NCBI RefSeq assembly: GCF_006345805.1
Contig: NC_042999.1
Span: forward strand, 105,462,001-105,526,000
Source: Octopus sinensis
Lineage: Eukaryota
DNA length: 64,000 nucleotides
Direction of reading: 5' to 3'
Each line of letters starts with the position of its first letter. The stretch's first letter is position 1. The position numbers and the translations under genes were made by a program. Under the pieces are notes generated by a model that was given only the letters and a program-made list of their open reading frames with translations, ran no database searches and was not told where the DNA came from. Of the stretch, positions 37,968 through 51,215 are shown piece after piece.

Positions 37968-40067
37968 TTGACAGATATCAACAATGGGGACGATTCATTG
38001 ATCAGAAATAAAAGCAACTTCCTACCACCAAAAGGGAGAAATAAAACACTGGACGATTTCTGCAAACACATCCAGAGTCTCCCCTTTACCCCAAGCAAAA
38101 CCAAGGTAAAATCCAATTTCAGTAAGGAAGAATGGGAAAACCTACGTGACATACAACTGGATAAAAACCTCACCATCAAAGAAGCGGACAAAGGGAGTGC
38201 TGTGGTCCTTATGGACACGGAATTTTATAAACACCTAGTGTTTTCCATGCTTAACAATAACATTTTCTATGAGGTTATTAACAACTACAAACAGCAAAAA
38301 ACCATTAAAAACCTCACCACACTCATACGCCAACACAGTCAGGGACTCACAGAAAAAGAAAGGGATTATATCACCATTTTCAAATGCAAGCCCAGCCTTT
38401 TTTATGGCCTTCCTAAAATCCATAAATACAAATACATCACCGAAGCCTGCAAACTCTCCACTGACATCCACATCAACATCAAAGCACCGGAGGACCTAAA
38501 ACTAAGGCCCATCGTGGCTGGTACCTCCTGTGAAACACACCGCCTGAGTAACTTCCTAGACATCCTTTTGAAACCTTTCCTTACCCACATCAAAAGTTTC
38601 ATTAGGGATGATCTGGACATGCTCAAACACCTCCCGAAAACAGTTAACGAGGAGGCACTCCTGGTATCCTTTGATGTCATCAACCTCTACACCAACATCC
38701 CACATGAGTATGGTATAGAGGCAATTGACTTCTGGCTAGAAAAACACCCAGAGACATTCCCTGACCGCATTAACAAGTCTTTTATTACAGAATCTCTCAA
38801 GTTCATTCTGACAAACAATTTTTTTCTCTTCGACGACACACACTACCGTCAAAAATGTGGTATTGTGATGGGTACCAAGGCTGCACCAGTCCTTGCGAAC
38901 CTCATAATGGGTTACTTCGAACTGTCACTCTATGAAATATCAAGCCAGAAATTTGGACATGTTTTCCACACCTACCTAATGGAAAACTGGAAAAGGTATT
39001 TAGATGATTGTTTCATCATATGGAAAGAACCTTATGAAAAACTCCTGGAATTCAAAACCATACTAAACAACATACATCCCAACATCCAATTCACTATGGA
39101 ATTAAGCAAAAATCATCTCCAATTCCTTGATCTCCTAATTATAAAAACACCTAAGAACCAAATCATAACAGACATCTACCACAAACCTACAGACTCACAA
39201 CAATACCTCCTCTTTAGTTCATTCCACCCAAAACACACCAAGACAAATATCCCTTTCAATTTAGCTAAAAGGGTATGCACCATTGTCTCGGATCCAAAAA
39301 CACGAGAAATACGCCTTCAAGACCTCAAAAAAACACTATTACAACGTCAATATCCCTCCACCCTTATAGAGTATGGAATAAAACGCGCCAAAGAACTAGA
39401 TAACACTACACTGAAAACCACCCAACCTAACACCACACACAACCTCAAAATACTTCCATACATTTCCACCCACAACCCCAAAAATATCGAAGCATACACC
39501 ACAATCATACAAAACCTCAGTCTACTGTCAACAGACCCAAAAATGAAAAACATTATAAATACACACAAAATCCTCAAATGTAAAAGGCAACACAAATCTT
39601 TAAAAAAACTCTTGACAAATGCCAAATTTCACACACCACATCCACCCCCAACAGTAAAAAAATGTGCACGCTCAAACTGTGGTACCTGCCCCTTTCTACT
39701 TGAAGGCTCTGAATTTACCTTCAAACAAGGTACGAAGTTTGAAATCAAGACTAACTTCTCCTGTTCCTCCGAGAACCTTATCTACGTTCTCACATGCGCT
39801 GGTTGCCAACATAATTATGTTGGACAAACGAGTCTCCCGTTACGTAAACAAGTAACGGTGCATAAAGAACAAATAAATCTCCCGGAATACCGACAAATTC
39901 CACTGAGTGACCACTTAGACTCATGTGCTAAAGACTTTAACCCCAAATTCTATATATTCCCCTTCTACCAATGTAACGACGGGATCACCACACAGGAGAG
40001 AATTAACAAGGAGAATCTCTTTATTGAAAAATTCCAAACACAACTTAATATGCAAACTCCTCGTTGA
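37968..40067 (+). CDS. Penelope-like reverse transcriptase / GIY-YIG endonuclease (699-aa open segment; homology extends upstream through a stop at 37944)
   Basis: IKEADKGSAVVLMD, YGLPKIHK, LRPIV, LVSFDVINLYTNIP, QKCGIVMGTKAAPVLANL, RYLDD, YHKPTD, CARSNCGTC and NLIYVLTC..C..NYVGQT. The same frame upstream reads IINLSSKTLTPTQINILARGLKFTPTP...EFS*KLRL. Confidence 0.93.
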   Translation: MTDINNGDDSLIRNKSNFLPPKGRNKTLDDFCKHIQSLPFTPSKTKVKSNFSKEEWENLRDIQLDKNLTIKEADKGSAVVLMDTEFYKHLVFSMLNNNIFYEVINNYKQQKTIKNLTTLIRQHSQGLTEKERDYITIFKCKPSLFYGLPKIHKYKYITEACKLSTDIHINIKAPEDLKLRPIVAGTSCETHRLSNFLDILLKPFLTHIKSFIRDDLDMLKHLPKTVNEEALLVSFDVINLYTNIPHEYGIEAIDFWLEKHPETFPDRINKSFITESLKFILTNNFFLFDDTHYRQKCGIVMGTKAAPVLANLIMGYFELSLYEISSQKFGHVFHTYLMENWKRYLDDCFIIWKEPYEKLLEFKTILNNIHPNIQFTMELSKNHLQFLDLLIIKTPKNQIITDIYHKPTDSQQYLLFSSFHPKHTKTNIPFNLAKRVCTIVSDPKTREIRLQDLKKTLLQRQYPSTLIEYGIKRAKELDNTTLKTTQPNTTHNLKILPYISTHNPKNIEAYTTIIQNLSLLSTDPKMKNIINTHKILKCKRQHKSLKKLLTNAKFHTPHPPPTVKKCARSNCGTCPFLLEGSEFTFKQGTKFEIKTNFSCSSENLIYVLTCAGCQHNYVGQTSLPLRKQVTVHKEQINLPEYRQIPLSDHLDSCAKDFNPKFYIFPFYQCNDGITTQERINKENLFIEKFQTQLNMQTPR

Positions 40068-40702
40068 TCAAACTTCCTTTCTCTACCTCACTCTTCATGG
40101 ATGGACTAACACAAATATATAAAGATACCATGCATTCATCACTTCAAGCTAAAACTTATATTCTTTAAATATCATTTTTACTATTGTTGTTATTACTATC
40201 ATTTTTATTATAAATGATATGACAATTTGAAATGTAATTGTCTATGCAGATTTATATAATTAGAAAATAATATAAATAAAGTGTTAAAATCTGAAAGTTA
40301 AGTTAACAAGCAATTATATAAAAAAAGATAACGCAAATGAAGCTAAAATGATAATTTTATAATTTGGGTTTTACCAACAGCCCTTATTGAAGAACTCAAA
40401 AGAGTAGTCTCCCCTTACTCACAACACAGGAACTGAAGAACCACAATTACTACTACTTCCTGTCCTGCAAACATGCTGAATTAAACCACACAACACATGC
40501 TCTTAATCCCTTTGGATCTTAATACCTCAAGGTAATTTTTTCGTGAACAATCATAAAACTCAAGATACACAACGAACTCACAATGTATCGGAGTACTTAT
40601 TTTTTAATTTTTGTACATTTTTATCATTATTCTTTTGGAAAAACAATGCAATTTTCTTTTTTTCCCCTTTCTAATTTTTAAAAAAACTTTTTAAAACATA
40701 AA

Positions 40703-40743
40703 TATTCTTAACAAGTCATACAATGACGAAAACCGGTTGAATA
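40703..40743 (+). ncRNA. Degenerate hammerhead-like motif in the PLE 3' tail
   Basis: tattc | TTAACAA | gtcat-aca-atgac | GAAA | ACCGG | TT | gaata. Stems I and II are perfect and the palindrome is AACCGGTT, but the core deviates (U3-A8, G5A, extra A). Confidence 0.4.
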
Positions 40744-40878
40744 AATATATATTTATATATTTTATCAATTTCTCATTTTATTAAAATTTTCTTTCATTTG
40801 AGCATTCTGCATTTTTAAAAAATGTTTTCCTTACTTATCATTTCTCCACGTGCGGTCAACACAACCCCACCATTTATT

Positions 40879-40937
<59 letters not shown>

Positions 40938-41598
40938 ATATATATATATATATAGGAAGAATTTCTGAAACAAGGTGCATTCAATATCAACGTCAAATGA
41001 TCTGTTGACATCTGCCAAGTGGCATCTTATTCATTGGTTGCATTTAATGATAGATTAAGGACCATACATGCAAGCATTTCGATGTATGTTCAACAAGTTG
41101 GATTTGTTTTGGCAAGCCACACATACATAGGTCAAATTCAGCGTTTTATGTTATGGTGTTGTCATTACCTTCAGCTGAGGGGTATGTGTGTTGCAATTTG
41201 AAGCCAATATAGATGTTTAGGCTACGATGATTTTTTCCATTGATAGGTGTGGAATTTATGCGTATCTTCGTGGATATCCATAAGCACAAATGCACCTGTG
41301 CTTCAATATACCTGGAGGATCATGCACACGCAGGTTATATGACCAAACACAAACACAGACAAACATATAATTACACATTAAAACACGCACTTGTACTCTA
41401 TGTGGGTACAGATATCAGACATATACAGATATAAGATATATACATTTGCGTGGGCACAACTCTATGAGGCATACTAAAATAAATACGCATATGTATATAC
41501 ATGTAGGTATACATGTTCACACAATGAAACACACACCTGCTCATACACATATACACAAATGAACAAATCTAATATATGTATACAGATAGAATTATCTA

Positions 41599-41676
<78 letters not shown>

Positions 41677-41677
41677 A

Positions 41678-41724
<47 letters not shown>

Positions 41725-43968
41725 CGCACGCGCACACACTCACTCAGACACATATATAAATGAAAGAGCCAAGAATCAAGACGTAGGAAGAAAGTCAGAT
41801 TCAACCAATCCGTAATAAACATAAAAAAACAACTTTCAAGATGAATGATGGCTTATTGAGGCGGAAGGCTGTGGATTTTTTTGTATCGAAATACGATGAA
41901 GTAAAAAAAAAATGATAGGCAACAAGGATTGCCGGATATACGAATAAGAATACAAGAATTAAGGAACGGGGTAGTTAAGATCCGGGCTACATATGTCTTA
42001 TAGCGATCAGAACCTCAGAAGTAGAAAGTATCCAAGCGAGGTGTATACTGCAAGCTAATCCTTAGGCGAAGGGCATCTTGATATATATATATAAAACTTA
42101 CTATTAATAAAAGCCAGGGTGTTTTACGTTCTGGTATTTAAAACGAAACGCAACGCATCGTGGCTTTTATAAACAGTAACTTGTTTTCTATATCCGTGTC
42201 ATCTATTTCTAGCCTTTCCTCTTTCTTTTTTTTCTCCCTTCGTCTCATTCCTTTGTGTGTATTTCTCTTTCTCTCTTGCCTGTCTTACTTCCATTTCTAG
42301 CCTTTCTGCTTTCCCTTTGTGTTCCTCTTCGTCCTTTCCCCGTTTCTTTTGTCACTCTCTTTCAACCGTTTCTCCTCTGCTTGTTGCTGACAAGTAACCC
42401 GTGGCCAGCGTTTCTTTGTTTCTCGCCTCTTTTACACTGGTGGCGTAGCTGACGGGCCCTAAATTCCTTGTGTCCCACTGGTACACGTTTTGCATTTTCT
42501 CACCTTTCTAATCCTTTAGGATTAACTTCTAATCGTTATTCACCATACGTGTCTTTCTGGCCCAGGCGCTGTATTCTGCTCGTTTCTTATATGTTTCGTC
42601 ATTTTACTTCACCCATCGTCTTAGATTACATTTATTCACTTTCGTATGTCCAGTTCTGCATCGCTTTTTATCCATGTACCATTTCCTCTCGGTCCTATAT
42701 TCTCCGCACTTTTGTGGACACTGCCATCATGGGACACATTTCAGTTTTATCATTAATGGCGCAAAACTGAGTAATACCAGTGCTTCATAACTGATGCAGA
42801 ATTAGAGATCTTGTATGTGCGTCTTTTGCCTGTTTGTGCACTCAATATACGTCAAAGAGAGAGTAAGGGAGAGAAAGATGGTGTTACTTCGAATGCGACC
42901 TTGTGATATACAGCTATTAAAGTGAGAACGATTTTGATTCTTTAAAAAAATATATTTTCGCACTTAAAATGAACAATAAAGAATGATGAAGCAAATTATT
43001 ATAATATTTTTTTATCGATATCTCAATTGCATGCACGTTTAAGTGAATTAATCTTCGTCAGCGCAACTTCGAAGATAATTGCGTATTTACCATTACTGTA
43101 GACATATATTATAGCGTTCATTTCGAAATTGTCTTATTAATAGTAGCAGTACAGCTATATCAATTAAATCAGATTTGGGTGGAACTGAAGAAAACTTTAG
43201 AGAGTATATAGAAACTCGTAGTTTCGTTTTTGTTTTTATTCTTAGCTAAAAGTCATACTAGATCTTCATTGTATGAGATGTATCTAATTACACTGGAAGA
43301 CTTATTTTCATTTTAGATATTTGCACGACTGAGTATACTAGATTATGTCGTTAAAATATGTTTTCACTCTATATACTCATGCCCTGAAGAGCAACACGTT
43401 ATGAAAATAATTTATTTATGCACTACAACAAAATGAAAAAAAATAATATAATTCTTCTTTAAGTGTTAGTGATCAAAATGGAACCGACATCATTTTACCG
43501 AATGTAATGCTGGAATCTATGCACTGGAAATATGTATGCAATGGATACGAAATTAGATTACATACTGTGAATGCAATATAGATTAAGTTTGCGATAATAG
43601 TGTTTCTTAATTCGTCTTCTTTTACTGAAGTATAACAAACGTAACTATGAAGGTAAATTACTGCAACTCAATAGCAAAACTAAAAACATAAACATTAAAA
43701 CTAAAAACATAAATTTTTAAAAAACGTAAACGTATTAAACATAAGTATATCAATATCAGTCTGTCTCATATTTATGTATTCTAGAATAAACTCCGACAGA
43801 TTCATAGAACAAATGAGGAAACTGTCTTGTAAAATCTAAGCAATAATAGTATTGCCTCTGAAAAGAAACTTTAACCAGCAGCATGGAAAACACTGTGCAC
43901 TTCTGAGTAAATCTATGCATATATGTGTGTACATATATGCACACACACACACACACACATACACGCAC

Positions 43969-44005
<37 letters not shown>

Positions 44006-44478
44006 CACACAAATTTATGCGTCACTTGCGTGCATGTATATAAGTAAATATATATGTACCTGTGTGTATATTTGCATATATATACAAACACACACACACA
44101 CGCATATATGTATATATATATGTATGCATTTATTTATGCATTTATGTATGTAAGTATATGCATGTCTGTGGCTGTGTTGTGTGTGTACGTGTTTACACTT
44201 CAACTTTATTTTAGAAACTCCGAGGAAGCTAGAGAGTGACGCACAAACACTCAGTGCTGAATACTGTATGACAGAGCTGGCTGTAAGCCAATGAAGATTA
44301 CGTATTACCCGTTCCTGCCCATGTCATATATTTGATCGCCCCCCAACCAACCCACACGCACATACACACTCAAACCCCCCCATACACACTCACACACACA
44401 CACACATATATATATATATGTGTGTATATATGTATACATACATATTTACATATGTGTACGTATATATATACATATATG

Positions 44479-44509
<31 letters not shown>

Positions 44510-44752
44510 ATACATACATATATACATTTGTGTATGTATATATACATATATGTATATATATATATATATATATATAGATAAGAAAGTTTGTTTGGTAAAG
44601 CACGTGGGTGAATATATAAGAAAATAGTAAAGTGTGAAAAAACGACAGAAGGCTTAAATGTTAAAAAATATATATATTTGTGTCAAAATGTCTGGAGAAT
44701 ATTGGAAAAAAGTTTTTTCTTTCCTTAAAATGACATAATTTTAAAATTTTTA

Positions 44753-44792
44753 AAGAAATTACCGGTTTCGCGTGTAGCTTTTCAAATTTCTT
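44753..44792 (-). ncRNA. Minimal type I hammerhead variant (U3-A8 core)
   Basis: Minus strand: aagaaat | TTGAAAA | gc-tacac-gc | GAAA | CCGG | TA | atttctt. Perfect 7-bp stem I. Confidence 0.7.
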
Positions 44793-44922
44793 GTGACGTT
44801 ATGTTTATATTGCATGGAGTTATCGTTGTATTTATTTTCAGGAGATTTCTAAATAAGGGGAGGTAGTGAGTGATTTCTTCCGGTGTAAGGGAGATAATCG
44901 CTTAAATTTTTTTTTTCCTTTT

Positions 44923-45009
44923 CCCTTGTTCATTTCTCTGTGTCAGTATGTTCGGATGGTTTTTCCCTTTCCCTTGTTAATTTCTCTGTGTCAGTATGTT
45001 CGGATGGTT
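44923..45009. repeat. 48-nt-period tandem duplication at the end of the PLE ORF
   Basis: cccttgtt(c/a)atttctctgtgtcagtatgttcggatggtt at 44923 and 44971. Confidence 0.9.
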
Positions 45010-45254
45010 GAGTCTGGGTTTGTACTTTTCAATGAAGAATGTTTCCTTGTTCAGTCTCATTTGTGTTGATGATCCGAAAGCACATTGGTAAAATGGGAAG
45101 ATTAAAAATTGTGGCAGTAGTTGCTTTGCGCATTTCTCAATGTGCTCACTAAAAGGTATCATTCCCATTTTACCAATGTGCTTTCGGATCATCAACACAA
45201 ATGAGACTGAATAAGTCTCAACGATAACTCCATGCAATATAAACATAACGTCAC

Positions 45255-45294
45255 AAGAAATTTGAAAAGCTACACGCGAAACCGGTAATTTCTT
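45255..45294 (+). ncRNA. Minimal type I hammerhead variant (U3-A8 core), inverted copy
   Basis: aagaaatttgaaaagctacacgcgaaaccggtaatttctt read directly on the plus strand. Confidence 0.7.
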
Positions 45295-45443
45295 TAAAAA
45301 TTTTAAAATTATGTCATTTTAAGGAAAGGAAAAACATTTTTCCAATATTCTCCAGACATTTTGACACAAATATATATATTTTTTAACATTTAAGCCTTCT
45401 GTCGTTTTTTCACACTTTACTATTTTCTTATATATATATATAT

Positions 45444-45480
<37 letters not shown>

Positions 45481-46270
45481 CGCATATGTATATATGTACT
45501 TATATGTATGTATATATATGGATGCAGCTATACGCACATACCTATACATACTGCTGTTTGGCTGGAGATATGACTGTCAAATATTCGTTGTGTGTTCAAG
45601 TTCATAAGTGAACGTCAATTCGCAAGCTAACAATCGCGCTAACACACATAGACGGGCACACGCACATGCGCAGAAACGCCCCCCACCATATATATATATA
45701 TATATAATATATATAATATATATATATATATATTATATATATATATATATAATATATATATATATATAAACACGTATGGCATGTTTGAGTGAAAGTGCAT
45801 TACTGGAAGCTCTCACAAATATTTCTACGCTTCTGAATTTCATTCATCATTAGATAACATTATTATCTTCTTTGATCAGAAAGGCAAACATCATTTTCTC
45901 ATTACCTCACGAGAATTCCCCGCAAGCAAATAAACAGAGGTTGGTTCCGAAACAAACCGACAGACAGGTGTTTTACTAAGATAACAATACTATCATGAAT
46001 GTTTGACATGAACTTTCACTTTCCTCATTCATTATCTATATTTGCCATAACAATATCTCATAGTTGTCCGAAGAATGCCACGCTTCTGTCTGGTGATTAA
46101 CAAGGCAAATCAGGCGCAACGTGTACATGTGCGTTTTCACATAAAACTGAACAAATAGGCAAGTATATGTATATATGATTTCAAACAAATGTATGCGTTG
46201 TGTAGATTGTCTTACGAGGCATATACATTTGAATATACTTTTATGTGCCTGCGTGTGCGTAACATATATA

Positions 46271-46337
<67 letters not shown>

Positions 46338-46558
46338 TGTATGTATGTGTGTATGTATGATTTTGATCATTATCCTCTTTTGGATACTACAGGTAAGTCC
46401 CGAATGAATTGGGAAAGGAGATAAAAAGAGAAGGGAACACGGAAAAACAGACGCGTAACATTGAAATGTTCGAATTCTGACTAACCAGAAGTCACATATA
46501 ATTATAGTATAAATGCTAGACCTGCTATAGTGTGTGCTCTTATGCCTTAGATTATATG

Positions 46559-46633
<75 letters not shown>

Positions 46634-46640
46634 ATATATA

Positions 46641-46693
<53 letters not shown>

Positions 46694-46822
46694 CCAGGTA
46701 AAATTTAGATTCAGATGAATATGGTACTTAAGTTAAAGGCACCAGAATTTAGTATAGCATTATCCATATAATTCAAAATGGGGTGATTATAATAAAAATA
46801 AGCAACAAGGATATCCAGAGGT

Positions 46823-46912
46823 AATGCAGTACGATCGTTTCATGCGACTCCATTTAATTGAACAATGTAAACATTACATCAATTTGAAATGTAGAGCAAT
46901 CTTCAGCTGATT
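46823..46912 (-). ncRNA. Type I hammerhead motif, canonical core, long irregular stem II
   Basis: Minus strand: aatcag | CTGAAGA | ttgc...gcat (58 nt with internal helices cattt/aaatg, attga/tcaat, atgtaa/ttacat) | GAAA | CGATCG, giving palindrome ACGATCGT | TA | ctg-c-att. The stem II closing pair is U-U. Confidence 0.6.
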
Positions 46913-47139
46913 AGAAATATAAAATTTAGTTAATTCGAAGGATTCATCTGTATAGTTTTTGTTTTGATCCAAAATCATAAAGAAGATAAATAGACAGACA
47001 AAGAACATGTTTTATCAACAACATCACAGTTGTAACTGGGATTTTTTCAAAAGAAGACACTGCTTATCATTGATTATATTTGTTATTCAGATTTACTAGT
47101 GGGTAAAAGTGCTCATTTTACAGCCTTCTAAACACAAAC

Positions 47140-47228
<89 letters not shown>

Positions 47229-49759
47229 ATATGTTATTCGCGCGCGTTGTTTGAATATGTGTGAATGAATGACTAAAGACGGAGAATGAATTGAAAGTTC
47301 ATATTTGCAATGTTTCAAATATTGATTTATTTTCAAAATGGTAACTTAACTTTGGATGTCGACTGTAAGGCATTTAAAAAATATGTGTCTTTTTTCTTGC
47401 ACTCTTTAACATTACTATCTGAAGCCTATAACGACCTGGCTTCTGACATCGGCCATGGACCAATTCTGTAATTAGAAAGAAATGAATTTTCATCCTCTTT
47501 GAAGCTATTCCGTAATTGCAAACTGGTCAGGAGATGAAATGAAATATGAACTCAACATCGTGTGTTTTGTTGCTGTCGATGTGGGCAAATCATGGCAAAT
47601 ATCACAAAGAAAAGCACTTTGAAATTTTTTTGATGAAATCTGTGGAGGAGAAACACTACCCATACACTTATAAAGTTTCCATTCTTTTTCTAACTTGCGA
47701 TTTAGTGAGGTTCGTGGTGAAGTGAAAATTAATTCTCCCACTCAATATGGAAACCAATTATCATCTACTAAAGTAGTCTGGACTATATTATGTATTATGT
47801 ATTATATTATGTATTCGATTACAAAATATTTTGAATGTATCCTCAAAATATCTGGCATTTTCTGTTACATCTGGAGTTACTACACGTTTTCTATTTGATT
47901 TGAGTTTATTATAGACATTGTTTAAATTTTAGCTACATCTAGGCTGCGTTTTGGGTTACATAATGTATTTGTAATCTCAATACAAAATTTTGAAGTAGCA
48001 ATCTTGCAAACGTATGTCCCTTGTGTAAATATACTACTATATTTTTCCCCACAAGATATTTAAAAATCAACTTCAATGGATGAGACTTCCTGATTATTGG
48101 TTTTGGTACATCGTTAGTGTCTTATATACTAGTCCAATTTCTGTTTTAGGTAAATAAATCTAGTTACTGCATATGCACATGTGTACGGAATTAATGTTTT
48201 TATTTATCCCAAGATGATGCCTGGGGGAGAAGAATCATTACAGAAAGCATTTCATCCATGATGACTTCTCAATTGTAGAGTCCTGCTTTTGTCATTGAAG
48301 GAGAAGAATGTAGGAAATGCAATAGGCTCCCGAAACGATTGTGTTGTTTATTATCATCATAAAAACTTACACAATGTTCGCTCAAATCCAGCTTTCATAA
48401 ATATGGCGAAATTTATGAAATTGTATGGAAAACGCCTAGTAAGAGAAGTATGAAAAGAAAGCTAAGATAAGGGGAATAAAAGAAGAATGAAAGTATTGAA
48501 AAGAAAAGTTATACATTTTTCTCTACATTCATATCTATCTATCTATATATCTATATATATATTTCTATCTATCTACCAGTCAATCTATCTATTTGTTTAT
48601 CTATCTATCAGTCTGTCTCTCTGTATGCCTGTCTGTCTATATGTCTATCTATCTATCTAACTATCTATGCAAATAAACGAAAGCGATTCATGCAACGGTT
48701 TAATTACATATCAGTTGATTTCTAGATAAAGGGGTAGTCCCTTTTTCTGTCATCAGTGTAACATCACCCAATCAATGCATATAAATACGAAGAAAATACA
48801 TACCCATGAAAGAGAACGGCTCCACAGCGCAAACACACTGTTCGTACGCACACACTGGTTTCGTTGATTTCGACCCCGTGTTAATAACCATATAATTCAG
48901 CAGTTAATGATTTTGGTTTCAGTGAGATTATATATTTTAAATTTATTTTAAAATTGAGGGTAAAATCTATATTAGATTTTATCAGGTAATTAGCATGCAG
49001 TCAACCGGTTAAAGTTAAATTAATCGATTTATAAATGTGTATTAAGGGCAAGCGAGTACGTATACAAGTCGCTAGAAAAAGATGCCAATGTCTAAAATCT
49101 ACCTTAAGATATCACCATAAATTATAAATATGCGCCGTCTCGTGCAAATAAACGAAACAGATTCATGAAACGGTTCAGTTACATATCATTATTTGCATTG
49201 ATTGGGTTATATTACAATGATGATAGAAAAAGGGATTACCCCTTAATATTGAAATCAATTGAACCGTTTCAGGAAACTAGTTCATATATTTTGATATTTA
49301 ACATTTACTTTATTTTGGGGGTGGAATATTGATTTTTTTTCCCGCTAATGCCAACTGGCAATGTAGCTCGATCACCCAAGATATACGAGTTGCATTCTAG
49401 AAATTGTTTCACTGATTTAGGAGAGAAAGTTACAACTGACTTAGATACATGTAATTATAGTACATCGTTACTGTACACCTAATAAACAGACGTGCCATTT
49501 TTTTTAAATTCCAAATTGAAGGGGACAGCTGTTACAGCACTTTGAATACACTTTATTATGCTAAACACTGCCTGAATTGTTTTCAGAATGCAGTGCGGTC
49601 GTTTGGAGGCTCACTGTGCGTTAGCCCATTCTAATATACTGGGCAAAAACGCTAGAGAAAATTAAGAAACGCTCGAGACTTATCGATTAAATTTCTCTCT
49701 GGCGCATGAGGTTCAAGGACTGTAGAGAAGAGATGAGAGATGACGTGAGATGAGAGAGA

Positions 49760-50135
49760 GAGAGCAGATGACAGAACATCAAAACTGGTCGAGCAAATTC
49801 ACAATCTTCAGAATGATGACCAAACTGTATCTTTGATGTCGATAAACATACATTTCTGAGTTGGTGCGGCAACTGCACACAAAATCTTTGATGAAGGGCT
49901 GAACTTGTACAAAACTTATTCTCAGGGGGCTTAGTGACGAACATTCTGGAAACCAACTACTTGACAGAGATGGGCATTAAAACTGTTCCTCACTACACTT
50001 ACAGTCGAGATGTGACTCCCGTGACTTTTGGTTGTATTCTTAGGTGAAGCAGAAACTCATAGTCAACTGTTTTGAAGATGAAGGAGATGAGTATCTTCAC
50101 TTTGAATGAGTTTCATGGGGCCAACACGAAGTAAG
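49760..50135 (+). mobile_element. Mariner transposase C-terminal remnant
   Basis: YLTEMGIKTVPHYTYSRDV followed, after a frameshift, by DFWLY, a decayed YSPDLAP.DFWLF motif. Confidence 0.65.
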
Positions 50136-50704
50136 GGGAAACCTACATCAAATGTATTGCAGTCAGAAAAGCATATATTGACAAAACGTAGAGCCATTTA
50201 CTTGTTTGAAATTGATAGATGCATCTCCTAAAGAATTTTGGAAACGACTGGGATGCATCTTCTAAATGTACATGTGTTTGAGTGTGTAGACGTACAGATG
50301 CACTGGCGTGTTCGTTATGTGTATATATGTATTTCATCTCTAGATAGAGAATGATTGGCAAGGACTCTAAAACTTTACTGCTTTGGGAGTGAAGTTTCTT
50401 CTGATATATCTTCTTCGTTGCTATTCGATATGGAATACGTCAGAAAATCTGTGATGACACTTTGGCGTATGGAAAATGTGTAATCACAGATTCAGCCGTT
50501 CAACAAACTGTAAGATAATTTAAATAAAATCATAAATCAAATGTCATTCCTTATGTTGTCTTATATTCGAATGTGCAGATGAAAGCGAAATTGGCAATCC
50601 CATGTGAGTTACAGCAAGTTTCAGGATCAAGAAATGATAAAGTTGTGTACGACATGAGAATAAGATCGACTGCAGTACTAAAGTGTTGTTGAATTTATCT
50701 ACCC

Positions 50705-51215
50705 ACAAATAATAATTATTTGTACTACAGACAGGCACAAGGCTCGACGTTTTGGGTTGGTTACAGCTAGTCAACCCCAGTGTTCAACTAGTCCTTGTTT
50801 TATCGACGTCTGTGCTGAATTGGCACTTGTTCTATCAACTCCAGTGCTTCAATGGCATTTGGCTTATCGAGTCCGAATGGATGAAAGTATAAGCCGACCT
50901 CGGGGAAAATTTGGCCTCTGAACGTAAAGCTGGAAAAACACTGCTACGTATCTTGTTATGCGCGCTAACAATTCTGCTAGCTCGCCATTTTCCACCCAGA
51001 AAGCATCCTTTCTATCATAGGCACAAGGACCGAAATTTTGTGGGAGGGGTCTACTCGGTTACAATGATCTCAATTCTCAATCGGCATTTATGCAGTCGTT
51101 CCCGAAATGAATCAATGCTAGGCAGACCTCGGTTGAATGTAAAGTCAACTCAAAACAGAAACAAATGCCGCTAAGCAGTTATCAAGCGTGGTAACGTTTC
51201 TGCCATGTCGCCGTC
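50705..51215 (-). mobile_element. Two adjacent degenerate SINE copies
   Basis: Both show ggcacaagg..., (t)cgacctcgg and gctaa...ttctgc.a...cgcc, at ~50714-50985 and ~51018-51215. Confidence 0.55.

Larger units (their letters stand above)
36274..40832 (+). mobile_element. Young Penelope-like retroelement with inverted pseudo-LTR
   Basis: Inverted 3'-end duplicate, then the ORF region, then a ~765-nt 3' UTR. This is the known PLE layout. Confidence 0.95.
44578..45434. mobile_element. Fold-back Penelope-like 3' end (minus-strand tail plus internally deleted plus-strand copy)
   Basis: Minus strand 45160 to 44578 is the same family as 15600-16150. 45162-45211 is the reverse complement of 45050-45099, and 45219-45434 is the reverse complement of ~44615-44828. 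(TA)n on both sides. Confidence 0.88.

Noticed and set aside
37739-39625. Antisense ORFs (159, 93 and 92 aa) over the PLE
   Set aside because: Shadow ORFs caused by the strong strand asymmetry of the PLE coding sequence.
42190-42790. Pyrimidine-rich, higher-complexity block that may be a TE remnant
   Set aside because: No motif could be assigned in any frame by eye.
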